DNA of 63,132 nucleotides from Candidatus Rokuibacteriota bacterium (GTDB taxonomy: Bacteria > Methylomirabilota > Methylomirabilia > Rokubacteriales > CSP1-6). Shown one piece after another: positions 43,968 to 54,135 of this stretch (position 1 is its first letter; every line of letters starts with the position of its first letter). The DNA is taken from positions 1-63,132 of the forward strand of contig DAIRVP010000004.1 of the NCBI GenBank assembly GCA_036802765.1, read 5' to 3'. The notes under the pieces were generated by a model. It ran no database searches. It was not told the origin of the DNA and saw only the letters and a list, made by a program, of their open reading frames with translations. Position numbers and translations under genes: made by a program.

Positions 43968-45176
43968 CTAGCGGCGGCCGCCGGCGAGCTGCAGCGCCTC
44001 GGGGGCGGCCCTCAGTCGCGCCATCGCGACCACGCCGAGCGCGGGACCGATGGCCAGCGTCGCGAATGCCCAGCGCCATCCGATCGCGCCGACGACGGGA
44101 AGCAGCAGCCAGATCGAGACATTGGTGAGCGCGAACCCGACGCAGGTCTGCATCGTCAGCGCCGTGCCGACGTACGGGGCCGGCGACAGCTCGGTGATCG
44201 CCGTCGAGAACTGGGCCGAGTCCGCGATGACCGTGATTCCCCACACGATCGCGACCGTCAGCGTGAGCAGCGGTGGACCACCGAACGTCAGCCCGATCGT
44301 TGCCGCCGACAATGCACTGAGCCCCATCGCCGCCATCGTTGCCGTCGTGCGACCCCACCGGTCCGATACCGCGCCACCGAGCCAGCACCCCAGGGCGCCG
44401 GTGGCGATGACCACAAAGGTCGTGGTGCTCGGCGACATCGTGGCGTAGCCCGCCGTGTCGGCGACCCGTGCACTTTCGAGCAGGAAGAGGCCGATCCACG
44501 CCCACATCGCGTAGAGCTCCCACATGTGACCGAAGTAGCCGAAGCAGGCGAGTCGAGCGCCGCGCTCGCGGAATACGGCGAGCGCCATGCGCGGATCGAA
44601 GCGCGCCGAGGGAAACCGGTTCGGCCCTTCGCGTACGAGCGCGATCACGACGACGGCGGCCAGCACGGCAAGAGTGGATGCGGCAAGCAGCGTCTGCCGC
44701 CACGGCAGCGTGGTGAGGCCGCGGATGAGCCATGGCATCGCCGATCCGATGGTGAGCGCGCCGACGAGGATGCCGATGGCCTGCCCGCGGCCCTCGCGAA
44801 ACCACGTGGCCATGATCTTCATCGCGGGTGGGTAGGCGCCTGCCATCGCGACGCCGGTGACGAAGCGCAGCGCGAGAGCGGAGGAAAGCGCATCGACCCA
44901 GAGCGCCAACGTGGCGTTGGCGGCAGCGCCGAGCAGCGCGCTGCCCGCCATCAGGTAGCGCGGCGACCACACGTCGGGAAGATTGCCGAGCGCGCTCGCG
45001 AGCGTGCCCGCAATGAACCCGAGCTGCACGGCCACCGTCAGGCCGGCGCTGCCGCCCGCGCCGAGCTGCCATTGGCGTTGGAGGGCTGGCAGGACTGCCG
45101 AGGCGCTGAACCACAGACTCAAGGCGAGCAGCTCGGCCAGCGACAGCGCGGCGAGCTGCCGCCAGCGCTCGGGCAC
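43968..45176 (-). CDS. MFS transporter
   Basis: About 12 hydrophobic segments, YPPAMK, HMWELYAMW, GGAVSDRWGR motif A and ADSAQFS. Confidence 0.9.
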   Translation of the reverse strand: MPERWRQLAALSLAELLALSLWFSASAVLPALQRQWQLGAGGSAGLTVAVQLGFIAGTLASALGNLPDVWSPRYLMAGSALLGAAANATLALWVDALSSALALRFVTGVAMAGAYPPAMKIMATWFREGRGQAIGILVGALTIGSAMPWLIRGLTTLPWRQTLLAASTLAVLAAVVVIALVREGPNRFPSARFDPRMALAVFRERGARLACFGYFGHMWELYAMWAWIGLFLLESARVADTAGYATMSPSTTTFVVIATGALGCWLGGAVSDRWGRTTATMAAMGLSALSAATIGLTFGGPPLLTLTVAIVWGITVIADSAQFSTAITELSPAPYVGTALTMQTCVGFALTNVSIWLLLPVVGAIGWRWAFATLAIGPALGVVAMARLRAAPEALQLAGGRR

Positions 45177-45181
45177 GTGGT

Positions 45182-46378
45182 CTACTCGACGACCTTCTTC
45201 TCGTGAAGCGCGGCGATGTCCCCGGCCGACAACCCGAGATCCTTCAGCACGAGGTCGGTATGCTCGCCGGGGAGCGGCGCGGCTGAGCGGACGGTGCCCG
45301 GGGTCTCGGACAGCTTGATCGCGATGCCGACCTGCCGAACGCGGCCGTGCGTGGGATGCTGGGCGTCGACGATCATCTGGCGATGGTTGATCTGCGGATC
45401 GCGGGTCATCTCCTCGACGTCGTAGACCTTGCCGACGCAGACGTCGGCTTTCACCAGCCGCTCGTACCAGTCGTCGCGGTCTCGCGTGCGAATGATCTGC
45501 TCGATCTCCTCGCGCGCGGCCTGCTCCTCACGGTTGGCGGCGCGCACGAGCTGGTCGGGCTGGCGCGCGAAGCGTTCGAAGTCGGGCCGGCCGATCGCGC
45601 GACAGAAGTTTGCCCACAACCACGGCTCGGTACAGCCGATCGTCAGCAGCTTGCCGTCGCGCGTCTCATAGATCGCATAGTACGGATACGATCCGCCGAG
45701 GAAGCCTTCGCCGCGCCGTGGCGCCCAACCGTCGGAAAAGAAGAAGCGCATGTTCGGCGTGGCCGCGAGCAACGAGAGCGTGGTGTCGAGATACGAGACG
45801 TCGACGTGCTGCCCGCGCCCCGTGCGCTCGCGCCCGAACAACGCCAGCACGATGCCGAGCGCACCGTGCAGGCTGGCGCCGGCGTAGTCGGCGACGAGGT
45901 TGAGCGGAATCACCGGCTTCTTGCTCCCCGCGTCGCCGATCAGGTTCAGCACGCCGGCGAGCGACAGGTAGTTCATGTCGTGCGCCGGGTAGTCCCGGTA
46001 CGGCCCGTCCTGGCCGAAGCCCGAGAGCGAGCAGTAGACGATGCGCGGGTTCAGCGCGCGGATGGTTTCGTAGTCGGCGCCGAGACGCTTCATCACACCC
46101 GGCCGGAAGCCCTCGACGATGACGTCCGCCGTCGTGGCGAGCTTGCGGAAGATCGCCTGCCCCTCGGGCGCTTTCATGTTCAGCGTCATCGACCGCTTGT
46201 TGCGGTTGGTGAACGAGTGGATGGTGCGGCGCACCCATTCTTCGCCGGTCGGCTTCTCCGGATCGGGCGAGTCGATTTTCAGCACGTCGGCGCCCATGTC
46301 GGCCAGCATCATCGCCGGCATCTCGGCAGGCGGAACGCGCGCCAGCTCGAGGATCTTGATCCCATCCATCACGCCCAT
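45182..46378 (-). CDS. CaiB/BaiF family CoA transferase (AMACR-like)
   Basis: ADMGADVLKI, NRNKRS, VEGFRPGV, GFGQDGPY, HDMNY, VADYAG motifs. Confidence 0.92.
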   Translation of the reverse strand: MGVMDGIKILELARVPPAEMPAMMLADMGADVLKIDSPDPEKPTGEEWVRRTIHSFTNRNKRSMTLNMKAPEGQAIFRKLATTADVIVEGFRPGVMKRLGADYETIRALNPRIVYCSLSGFGQDGPYRDYPAHDMNYLSLAGVLNLIGDAGSKKPVIPLNLVADYAGASLHGALGIVLALFGRERTGRGQHVDVSYLDTTLSLLAATPNMRFFFSDGWAPRRGEGFLGGSYPYYAIYETRDGKLLTIGCTEPWLWANFCRAIGRPDFERFARQPDQLVRAANREEQAAREEIEQIIRTRDRDDWYERLVKADVCVGKVYDVEEMTRDPQINHRQMIVDAQHPTHGRVRQVGIAIKLSETPGTVRSAAPLPGEHTDLVLKDLGLSAGDIAALHEKKVVE

Positions 46379-46381
46379 GGC

Positions 46382-47746
46382 TTACTCCCGCTCCGCGACG
46401 AGCCGCGAGGTGAGCACGCGGACGTCGGGAATGTCCTCGAGGCGGCCGATCTGCGCGGCCACGCCTTCGGCGGTGTCGGCTCCGAGCACGGCGGTCGCGC
46501 AGCCGAGGAACTTGGCGTGCAGCTCGGCGTCGCTCAGCGGCGTGCTGGGATGGCCGGATGCTCCGCGCGGCTTGGATTCCAGAATGGTGCCGTCGGTCAG
46601 CCGCACGCTGACGCGGCTCCACGCGTGCTGCTCGAGGTCGTGTGGCAGGGCCGGATCGACGACCATCGTGACGCGCTCCATGAGCTCACGCGTGGCGGCG
46701 TCGCGCACCGGACCGGCCTCGAAGTCGGCGAGCCCGACGGCCCCGCGCGCCAGCGCCGCCGCGGCGCAGTACTGCATCGAGAACTTCCGCTCGAGTCCGT
46801 TCGACGGACGGCTGTGACGCAGCACGTCGGGCACGACGGCGTTCACACCGACTTCAACGGCCGCGACGGCGGCAGGCTCGATGCGATGTCGCGTGCGCAG
46901 CTCGAGGAGCGCATCGATCGCCGAGTGCGTGAGCGCGCACGACGGATACGGCTTCACCGCGATCCCCGACGCCGTGAGCTCCCAGCGGCTCCCGAGACGA
47001 TCGAACGCAGCCGCCGGCAGCGTCGAGCCGGAGAACGCCGCGACGTGGCCCTGGCGGCCATCGAGCGCAGCGTCGGACGCGGTCATTCCCTCACGGGCGA
47101 GCTGCGCGGCGCGGACACCGCTCTGTGCTGCGTGGCCTGCGTGGTACGGCTTGGTCATCGAGCCGAAGTTTTCCTTGAGCCCGGACGCCATCGAGGCGGC
47201 GATGCCGAGCGCGTGGCGCGTCTGCGTCACGTCGAGCGCGAGCAGTCTCGCCGCCGCTGCCGCGCAGCCGAGCGTGCCGATCGTCGAGGTCGCGTGCCAG
47301 CCGCGCGTGTAGTGTGCGGGGTTCAGCGCGAGACCGAGCGCCGCGTCGATCTCGAACCCGATGATGTACGCGAGCGCGAAGGCCGCGCCGTCCGCCGTTT
47401 CCGCCTCTGCCGCCGCGAGCGCCGCCGCCAGCAGCGGAACGCTCGGATGTCCCATGAGGGCGAAGTTCGTGTCATCGAAATCGTGCGCGTGACCGGCCGC
47501 GCCATTCGCCAGCGCCGCCCATCCCGGCGGAGTACGCATCGACGTGCCGAGCACGGTGCAGAGGGCGATGCCGCCCTCGGCGCGCGCGACGGCGCGCACG
47601 CTCTGCGCGACGGGCTCCGCGGCTCCCGCCAGCATGACGCCGATCGAATCCAGCGTCGCGCGGCGCGTCTGCGCGAGCACGGCGTCGGGACAGTCGCGCA
47701 GCGAGGTCTTCACGACGAATTCAGCGAGCCGGGTGGTGGCCGTCAT
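46382..47746 (-). CDS. MmgE/PrpD family protein
   Basis: AGHAHDFDD, GHPSVP, RGWH, GSMTKPYHAG, KPYPSC, KFSMQY motifs. Confidence 0.92.
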   Translation of the reverse strand: MTATTRLAEFVVKTSLRDCPDAVLAQTRRATLDSIGVMLAGAAEPVAQSVRAVARAEGGIALCTVLGTSMRTPPGWAALANGAAGHAHDFDDTNFALMGHPSVPLLAAALAAAEAETADGAAFALAYIIGFEIDAALGLALNPAHYTRGWHATSTIGTLGCAAAAARLLALDVTQTRHALGIAASMASGLKENFGSMTKPYHAGHAAQSGVRAAQLAREGMTASDAALDGRQGHVAAFSGSTLPAAAFDRLGSRWELTASGIAVKPYPSCALTHSAIDALLELRTRHRIEPAAVAAVEVGVNAVVPDVLRHSRPSNGLERKFSMQYCAAAALARGAVGLADFEAGPVRDAATRELMERVTMVVDPALPHDLEQHAWSRVSVRLTDGTILESKPRGASGHPSTPLSDAELHAKFLGCATAVLGADTAEGVAAQIGRLEDIPDVRVLTSRLVAERE

Positions 47747-47812
47747 GGCCCGCACGATAACGGAGCGTCCGCGCGGTTGCAAGCCACGGGTGGGTGAACG
47801 ACAATCGCGCGC

Positions 47813-48847
47813 ATGACGAACCGCCGCGTGCTGCTCAAGAGCCGTCCCGTCGGGGAGCCCAAGCCGACCGATTTCGAGATTGCCGATTCACCCGCGCCCA
47901 AGCCGCAGGACGGCGAGATTCTCGTGCGGACGATCTGGCTCTCGCTGGATCCCTACATGCGTGGACGAATGAACGACGTGAAGTCCTACGCGGCCTCCGT
48001 CGAGCTCGGCCAGCCGATGGTCGGTGGCACGGTCGGCGAGGTCGTCGAATCGCGCGACGCCGCGTTTGCACCCGGGGACTTTGTGCTGAGCTACGGCGGC
48101 TGGCAGACGTATCACGTCGCCAAGAGCGCGGGCGCGCGGGTGGGGGCGTTCGGGCCGATGAAGCTGGATCCTAAAGCCGCGCCGATCTCGACCGCGCTCG
48201 GCGTGCTCGGCATGCCGGGCATGACGGCGTACGTCGGCCTTTATGATCTTGGCCAGCCCAAGCCTGGCGAAACGGTCGTCGTCTCGGCCGCCGCGGGCGC
48301 AGTCGGCTCGGCGGTCGGGCAGCTTGCGAAGATCCGCGGTTGTCGCGCGATCGGCATCGCCGGCTCGAAGGACAAATGCGAGTACGTCGTGCGCGAGCTC
48401 GGATTCGACGCCTGTGTGTCGTACGGCACGCCCGATCTTGCGGCTGAGCTCCGCGACGCTTGTCCCAAGGGAATCGACGTGTACTTCGACAACGTCGGCG
48501 GCGACGTGCTCAAGGCCGTCCTGCGGCTTGTCAACCCGTTCGCGCGCATCCCGCTCTGCGGCATCATCTCGCAATACAACGCCACCGAGCTGCCCGCCGG
48601 CCCAAACCTCGCCCCGGTGCTCGTCAATCGCGTGACGATCCGCGGCTTCATCGTCAGCGACCACGTCGATCGCATGCCGCAGTTCCTCGCCGACTGCGCT
48701 CGCTGGGTGCGTGAGGGCCGGCTGAAGTACCGCGAGGACATTGTCGATGGGCTCGACCACGCTCCAGAGGCGTTCATCGGGCTGCTGCGCGGCCGCAACA
48801 CCGGCAAGATGCTCGTAAAGGTGAGTCCCGACCCGACGCGCTCCTGA
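47813..48847 (+). CDS. NADP-dependent oxidoreductase (CurA/PTGR family)
   Basis: WLSLDPYMRGRM, LGMPGMTAY, SAAAGAVGS, YFDNVGG, NTGKMLV motifs. Confidence 0.93.
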   Translation: MTNRRVLLKSRPVGEPKPTDFEIADSPAPKPQDGEILVRTIWLSLDPYMRGRMNDVKSYAASVELGQPMVGGTVGEVVESRDAAFAPGDFVLSYGGWQTYHVAKSAGARVGAFGPMKLDPKAAPISTALGVLGMPGMTAYVGLYDLGQPKPGETVVVSAAAGAVGSAVGQLAKIRGCRAIGIAGSKDKCEYVVRELGFDACVSYGTPDLAAELRDACPKGIDVYFDNVGGDVLKAVLRLVNPFARIPLCGIISQYNATELPAGPNLAPVLVNRVTIRGFIVSDHVDRMPQFLADCARWVREGRLKYREDIVDGLDHAPEAFIGLLRGRNTGKMLVKVSPDPTRS

Positions 48848-48852
48848 TCCGC

Positions 48853-49260
48853 TCAGTCGCGCGGTGGCAGCAGCGGCGGATGCCCGAAGCGGGCGCGGAT
48901 GCGGTTCATCGCGGCCAGGATGCTGGGCCGGCGCGCCAGCGCCTTCTCGAGCTGTCGGCGCCCCGGAAAATCGAGGAGCATCAACCCGATCAGCACGGTG
49001 AGCAGCCCCTGTCCGGGGACCCCGGGAATGGACATCAACAAACCGAGGACGACGAGCACAAGACCGAAGAAGTTTTGCGCGAGCGCCCGAGGCGAGCGCC
49101 ACGGAAGCACGCGGTCCGCGTGGTGCGCGTCGTCCTCGGAGAAATAGGTCGGCGGCAGCCTCACCACGATGAGCGCCGCGACGGTCAGAGTGACGGCGGT
49201 CGCGGCCAGCCAGATCAGGATGCCGAGCAGCAGCGTGCCGGACGAGACGGGGAGCGACAC
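48853..49260 (-). CDS. Small membrane protein, PGPGW-like
   Basis: Two to three TM segments with a PGVPGQGLLTVLIG motif. Confidence 0.7.
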   Translation of the reverse strand: MSLPVSSGTLLLGILIWLAATAVTLTVAALIVVRLPPTYFSEDDAHHADRVLPWRSPRALAQNFFGLVLVVLGLLMSIPGVPGQGLLTVLIGLMLLDFPGRRQLEKALARRPSILAAMNRIRARFGHPPLLPPRD

Positions 49261-49286
49261 CTGGACTCGATCGTATACTGACTGTC

Positions 49287-50183
49287 ATGCCGGTGGAATT
49301 TCGCGAGGAGCCCTGTCGCAACGCGCTCAATCGCGTGCAGAACATGCCGTTCAAGTGGTCGCTGAACCCCTACATGGGTTGCGCGCATCGCTGCACGTTC
49401 TGCTACGTGCGCGGCTTCGAGCGGCGCGCTGATCGACCCTCCGGCGAGGCGTACGGCCGCTCGGTGCGCGTGAAGATCAACGTGGCCGAGGTGCTGCGAC
49501 GCGAGCTGGCGCGTAAGTCGTGGAAGCGCGAAGTGGTCGCGATCGGTGCGGCGACGGATCCGTATCAGCCCGCCGAGGGACGCTATCGCCTCACGCGCGC
49601 GTGTCTGCAGGCGTTGGCTGACGCACGGAGCCCCTTCAGCCTCATCACGCGCGGTCCGATGATCGTCCGCGATCTCGACGTCCTGCGGCGCGCCGCGACG
49701 GGCGCCGATGTGGATGTCACGTTTTCCATCCCGACCCTCGATCCCGAGATCTGGAGGCGCACGGAGCCGGGCACCGCGCCGCCGCGTCAGCGGCTGCGCG
49801 CGCTCCGCATGCTGATCGACGCGGGCATCGACACGGGAGTCGGGATCGCGCCGATCCTGCCGGGAATTTCCGACCGGCCGGCGCTGCTCGCCGATGTCGT
49901 CAAGGCGGCGCGGGACGCAGGCGCGACCAACGTCTGGTGCAACGTGCTCTATTTGCAGCCCGGCACGCGCGAGCATTTCATGGAGCACCTGGCGCGGGAC
50001 TGGCCGGAGCTGGTGCCGAGCTACCTCGCGCTCTATCGCCGGCCGTATCCGGATCGTGCGACGACGACGGATCCGGTGAAGAGCCTCGTCGCCGAGCTCA
50101 AGAAGCGTTTCGACGTGGCCGATCGGCGCGCTCGCCCGCTCGAGCCTCGCCCCGCGGCCGAGCAGCTCGCCCTTGCGATCTGA
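49287..50183 (+). CDS. Radical SAM protein, spore photoproduct lyase-like (Rv2578c-like)
   Basis: LNPYMGCAHRCTFCYVR (CxxxCxxC), ATDPYQPAE, RDLDVL motifs. Confidence 0.9.
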   Translation: MPVEFREEPCRNALNRVQNMPFKWSLNPYMGCAHRCTFCYVRGFERRADRPSGEAYGRSVRVKINVAEVLRRELARKSWKREVVAIGAATDPYQPAEGRYRLTRACLQALADARSPFSLITRGPMIVRDLDVLRRAATGADVDVTFSIPTLDPEIWRRTEPGTAPPRQRLRALRMLIDAGIDTGVGIAPILPGISDRPALLADVVKAARDAGATNVWCNVLYLQPGTREHFMEHLARDWPELVPSYLALYRRPYPDRATTTDPVKSLVAELKKRFDVADRRARPLEPRPAAEQLALAI

Positions 50184-50186
50184 TTG

Positions 50187-50290
50187 AAGCTGGGGCTCCG
50201 AAATGACCCCAGCTTATCCGAGCGAAGGGGCTACGCCCCCTCCCCCCCCGGCGCCCGGGCACATGTTCGGAGCCCCCCGGGGAACCCGGG
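50187..50290. repeat. REP-like nested palindromic element between convergent genes
   Basis: AAGCTGGGG/CCCCAGCTT stem (50187-50215), a GGGGC-TAC-GCCCC hairpin, and an outer GGGGCTCCGAA (50192-50202) / TTCGGAGCCCC (50266-50276) pair. Confidence 0.6.
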
Positions 50291-50298
50291 CGACTCCT

Positions 50299-51786
50299 CT
50301 ATATCGTTGGTGTAGTCGTCGGTCGGCGCTGATACCGTCCGCGCGGCGGGCCCAGGACGCGGCCCTCCTCCCACGCGAGCTCGCCTCGCAGGAACGTCGC
50401 GGTCACCTTGCCCGTCAACCGCTGACCTTCGAACGGTGTGTAACCCTGGCCCGAAGGCGAGTCAGCCGCGCGCACAGTGAACGCGCGATCCGGATCCAGC
50501 AGAACGATGTCGGCGTCGAAGCCGGACGTCAGATCGCCTTTCGTCGACAGCCCGTAGCGCCGCGCGGGATTCCACGACGTCAACGCCGCGATGCGGTGCA
50601 GCGGCAGCCCACGCCGGCGGCCTTCGCTGAACACACCGGCCAGCAAATATTCCGTGCCGCCGAATCCCGACTTCGCAAGCCAGATGTCGCCCGTGCCCTT
50701 GCCCGCCGCCTTCGTCTCCTCGGCGCAGCATGCATGGTCGCTGACGATCCAGTCCACGTGACCCTCGAGGACCGCCGTCCACAAATATTCCACGTCCTCA
50801 CGCGAACGAATCGGCGGGTTCACCTTCGCATACGCACCGCTCGGCGTCTCGACGTCGAGCAGGAGATGTCCGATCGTGACCTCGCGCCGAAAGTTGATGT
50901 GCGGAAACGCACGGGCCATCGTCAGTGCGGTCTCCAATGCCTTGCGCGAAGAGAGGTGCAGCAGGTTGACGTTGACGCACGCCGTTTCGTGCGCGAGATA
51001 CGCGGCGACCGCGACGGCCAGTCCCTCGGCGTGCGGTGGCCGTGCCGCGCTATAGGCCGCGAGCCCGGTGAGCGACGCGTCCTTCTGGACGATCCGCGTG
51101 TAGGCGTTCAGGATGTCCGCCATCTCGCAGTGCAGGCTCACGCTGACGTGCTCCGCCAGGCGCGGGTGTGCCGCCCGAATGCGCGCCGCCGCCCGCATGA
51201 CGAATTCGAAATGCGCGAGGTCGTAGTGATCCTCGGGGCCGATCATCAGAAACCGGCGCTGCTCGTCGTCGCCTGCGCGGCCGTGCAGGCCGTAACCTCC
51301 ATAGAACATGAAAATCTTGAACGACGGCACGCCATGCGCGGTGGCGAGCGCCTCCATCTCGTCGAGATGGCCCGTGGCGATCGGGGCGAGGTGATAGCCG
51401 TAGTCACAGTAGTACCGACCGTCCGACGTTTTGAGTACTTCGGGAAACACATCCGCGTAGCGGCCGCCGCGGTTGAGGTAGTACTGACCCGTCCGGAAGT
51501 ACGTCAGCATCGTCGTGACGCCACCCGAGACCGCGGCGCGACTTTCCGTAACGGCATCGTCGGCGAGCGGGCCATAGATGCCCACGTGGGTGTGTGCATC
51601 GACGACGCCGGGAAACGCGAGCTGGCCGCGACCATCGTAGCTGCGACGGACCTCCGCGTTGGGAATCTTCGGCGCCACACGCGCGATGCGGCCATCTCTC
51701 ACGCCGATGTCGGCGCGCTCGACGCCCGACACGGTGGCGCGCACGACACGAACGTCCTTGATCACGAGATCGAAGATCTCCGCCAT
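50299..51786 (-). CDS. Dihydroorotase/allantoinase-like cyclic amidohydrolase
   Basis: VVDAHTH, SFKIFM, HCE, HLSS, KVNPPIR, SDHAC, GFDADIV motifs. Confidence 0.88.
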   Translation of the reverse strand: MAEIFDLVIKDVRVVRATVSGVERADIGVRDGRIARVAPKIPNAEVRRSYDGRGQLAFPGVVDAHTHVGIYGPLADDAVTESRAAVSGGVTTMLTYFRTGQYYLNRGGRYADVFPEVLKTSDGRYYCDYGYHLAPIATGHLDEMEALATAHGVPSFKIFMFYGGYGLHGRAGDDEQRRFLMIGPEDHYDLAHFEFVMRAAARIRAAHPRLAEHVSVSLHCEMADILNAYTRIVQKDASLTGLAAYSAARPPHAEGLAVAVAAYLAHETACVNVNLLHLSSRKALETALTMARAFPHINFRREVTIGHLLLDVETPSGAYAKVNPPIRSREDVEYLWTAVLEGHVDWIVSDHACCAEETKAAGKGTGDIWLAKSGFGGTEYLLAGVFSEGRRRGLPLHRIAALTSWNPARRYGLSTKGDLTSGFDADIVLLDPDRAFTVRAADSPSGQGYTPFEGQRLTGKVTATFLRGELAWEEGRVLGPPRGRYQRRPTTTPTI

Positions 51787-51795
51787 GTCGCCCGC

Positions 51796-51866
51796 ATCGC
51801 ATCATTCACGCGAGGCTGTGTCAAGACGCGCGCGTCGTTGACAGGACCGGCCCGACCGGATAGCGT
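51796..51866. promoter_or_regulatory. Divergent sigma70-like promoters
   Basis: + strand TTGACA (51838)-17-TAGCGT (51861); - strand TTGACA (51824-51819)-17-TGCGAT (51801-51796). Confidence 0.55.
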
Positions 51867-51901
51867 GGGCGCCGCTTCAAATTCCACGCGAGGTTGCGAC
51901 G

Positions 51902-53302
51902 ATGGATTTCACGGCAGCGGCTCTGGCAGCAGCGGTGCGGGACAAGCGCGTCTCACCTGTCGAGCTCGTGCGCGAATGTCTGACGCGCATCGAGCGCCGC
52001 AACCCCGCACTTCGCGCCTTCATCACCGTCGATGCCGAGGGCGCCCTCACTACCGCGCGCGTTCTGGAGGCGGAGGTCGCCGCCGGCCGTTTTCGGGGGC
52101 CGCTGCATGGCGTGCCGGTCGCGCACAAGGATCTCTGTGCGATCCCGGGCCTGCCCACCTCGTGCGGCACTCGCACGCGCGACTACCTCTCCAGCGAGAC
52201 GCCGTGCACCGCGGCCGCGCGGCTGACCGCCGCGGGGGCCATCGTGCTCGGCAAGCTGAACATGACGGAGCTTGCGATGGGGCCGTTCGGCGACAACGCC
52301 CATCACGGCGACGTTCAGAACCCGTGGAAGTCGGGGCACGCGTCGGGCGGATCATCGAGCGGCTCGGGCGCCGCCGTCGCGGCGGGGCTCGTCGCTGGCG
52401 CCATCGGCAGCGATACGGGCGGCTCGATCCGCCTGCCCGCGGCGTGCTGTGGCGTGGTCGGTCTCAAGGCGACGTATGGACGGGTGAGCCGAGCGGGCGC
52501 GATGGCGCTGTCGTGGACGATGGATCACATCGGGCCGCTGGCCGGTACGGTCGCCGACGCCGCGCTGCTTTATAGCGCGATGGCAGGGCACGACCCAGCG
52601 GATCCGACGTCGAGCTCGCTGCCGGTCGGCGACGTCGCCGGCGGCCTGGAGGCGCCGCTCGCGGGACTGCGCGCTGGAGTTCCCGAAGCACACTTCTTCG
52701 ACGAGCTGCACCCAGACGTCGAAGCGGCCGTAAGGACCGCTGTCGCGACGATTGCGTCGCTCGGCGTCCGCGTGGATCGGGTAAAGCTGCCCGACGTCTC
52801 GTCGTTGTCGCGTGAGTGCAGCACTCCGATCGTCGCCGCGGAGGCGGCGACAGAGCACACGGTGCTGCTGCGCGATCGGCGCGACGAAGTCCAGCCCGTC
52901 GTATACGCGCGAGCGTCGGCGGGTTTCTCCGTGTCGGCGGTGCGGTATCTCGAGGCGCAGCGGATACGCGCGCGTTTCGCGCGAGAATTCGCCGCGACCG
53001 CGTTCGCGGACGCCGATGTCCTCTTGACGCCGACGATCCCGGAGCCCGCCCCGGCGTACGCCGTGGCGAAGGCGGGCAGCGTCGAAGAAATCGTCGCGCG
53101 CATGGGCCGCTTCTCACGGCTGACGCGCCCGCTCAACGCCGCCGGCGTACCCGCCATCTCTGTCCCGTGCGGCTGGACGGCCGACGGTCGACCGCTGGCG
53201 CTGCAGATCGTGGGCCGGCCCTTCGACGAGGCGACGGTGCTCCGCGTCGCTCGAGCGTACGAGCGCGCCGCAGACTGGCGGAGGCCAACACTACAAGCCT
53301 GA
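51902..53302 (+). CDS. Amidase signature family protein
   Basis: GVPVAHKD, GGSSSGS, GSDTGGSIRLP (Ser-cisSer-Lys triad). Confidence 0.93.
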   Translation: MDFTAAALAAAVRDKRVSPVELVRECLTRIERRNPALRAFITVDAEGALTTARVLEAEVAAGRFRGPLHGVPVAHKDLCAIPGLPTSCGTRTRDYLSSETPCTAAARLTAAGAIVLGKLNMTELAMGPFGDNAHHGDVQNPWKSGHASGGSSSGSGAAVAAGLVAGAIGSDTGGSIRLPAACCGVVGLKATYGRVSRAGAMALSWTMDHIGPLAGTVADAALLYSAMAGHDPADPTSSSLPVGDVAGGLEAPLAGLRAGVPEAHFFDELHPDVEAAVRTAVATIASLGVRVDRVKLPDVSSLSRECSTPIVAAEAATEHTVLLRDRRDEVQPVVYARASAGFSVSAVRYLEAQRIRARFAREFAATAFADADVLLTPTIPEPAPAYAVAKAGSVEEIVARMGRFSRLTRPLNAAGVPAISVPCGWTADGRPLALQIVGRPFDEATVLRVARAYERAADWRRPTLQA

Positions 53303-53316
53303 GCGGGGTCTGTCCG

Positions 53317-54027
53317 CTACTTCGCGTCGTGGAAGATGACGCCGAGCGTGTAGCGCAGGCCGCGCGTGATGCGACTGACGCCGTGGCGCATGGCAGTGCG
53401 ATACACGCCGCGGGTGCCTTCCACGGGCCGGTAGCGGGTGGTGAAGATGACGAGCTCGCCCTGCTCGGTGGCAATCGCCTCGCCGCGTGACTGTGCGCGC
53501 GGCCGCTGCTCCACCAGCAGGAAGTCGCCTCCTTCGTAATCGACGCCGCGGCGGCTGAGGAAGCACGTGAGCTGCAACGGAAACACAACGTCCCCGTAAA
53601 GATCCTGGTGCAGGCAGTTGTACCCGCCAGTTTCATACCGCAGGAGCAGCGGTGTCGGCTTGGTCTGGCCGCGCTTGTGGCAGCGCCGCAGCAGCGCGGC
53701 GAGCTCTTTGGGGAAGACGTCGGGATCGCCGAAGGCGGCCTGCCACTGATTGGCGATCGCCGCCAGCGGCGGATAAGCACGCTCGCGCAGCGTCTCGACG
53801 AGCGGCGGCAGTGGCGCCGCGAAATACTTGTACTCGCCGACGCCGAAACGGTAGCGCGCCATGTCGACGCGGCTGCGAAAGCGCCGCTCGTCGTCGTAGA
53901 TCGCGATGAGGTCTGAGCATTCCCCGGGCGTGAGCACCGGTGGGGTCTTCGCGTAGCCGTACTCCCACATCGAGCGCTCGATCGCCGACCAGTCGAGAGC
54001 ATCGAGCCGCTTGCCGAGGTCAGTCAC
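53317..54027 (-). CDS. 2OG-Fe(II) oxygenase (DUF2086-like)
   Basis: FRSRVDMARY.FG.GEY, LHQDLYG (HxD), EQRPR.QSR, RHGVS, GVIFHDA motifs. Confidence 0.88.
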   Translation of the reverse strand: MTDLGKRLDALDWSAIERSMWEYGYAKTPPVLTPGECSDLIAIYDDERRFRSRVDMARYRFGVGEYKYFAAPLPPLVETLRERAYPPLAAIANQWQAAFGDPDVFPKELAALLRRCHKRGQTKPTPLLLRYETGGYNCLHQDLYGDVVFPLQLTCFLSRRGVDYEGGDFLLVEQRPRAQSRGEAIATEQGELVIFTTRYRPVEGTRGVYRTAMRHGVSRITRGLRYTLGVIFHDAK

Positions 54028-54135
54028 GCGCTTACTGTGCCATGGCACGAGCCGTGTGCACGCTGTTTGCACACCACGGCGACGGAGCCGTGACGACGTG
54101 TGGCGACCTGGCGTGCGGTAAAGGGAGGCTACGAC

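Noticed and set aside
54043-54060. TGGCACG...TGCA upstream of the basic protein gene
   Set aside because: GG to GC spacing is 12, not the invariant 10 required for sigma54.
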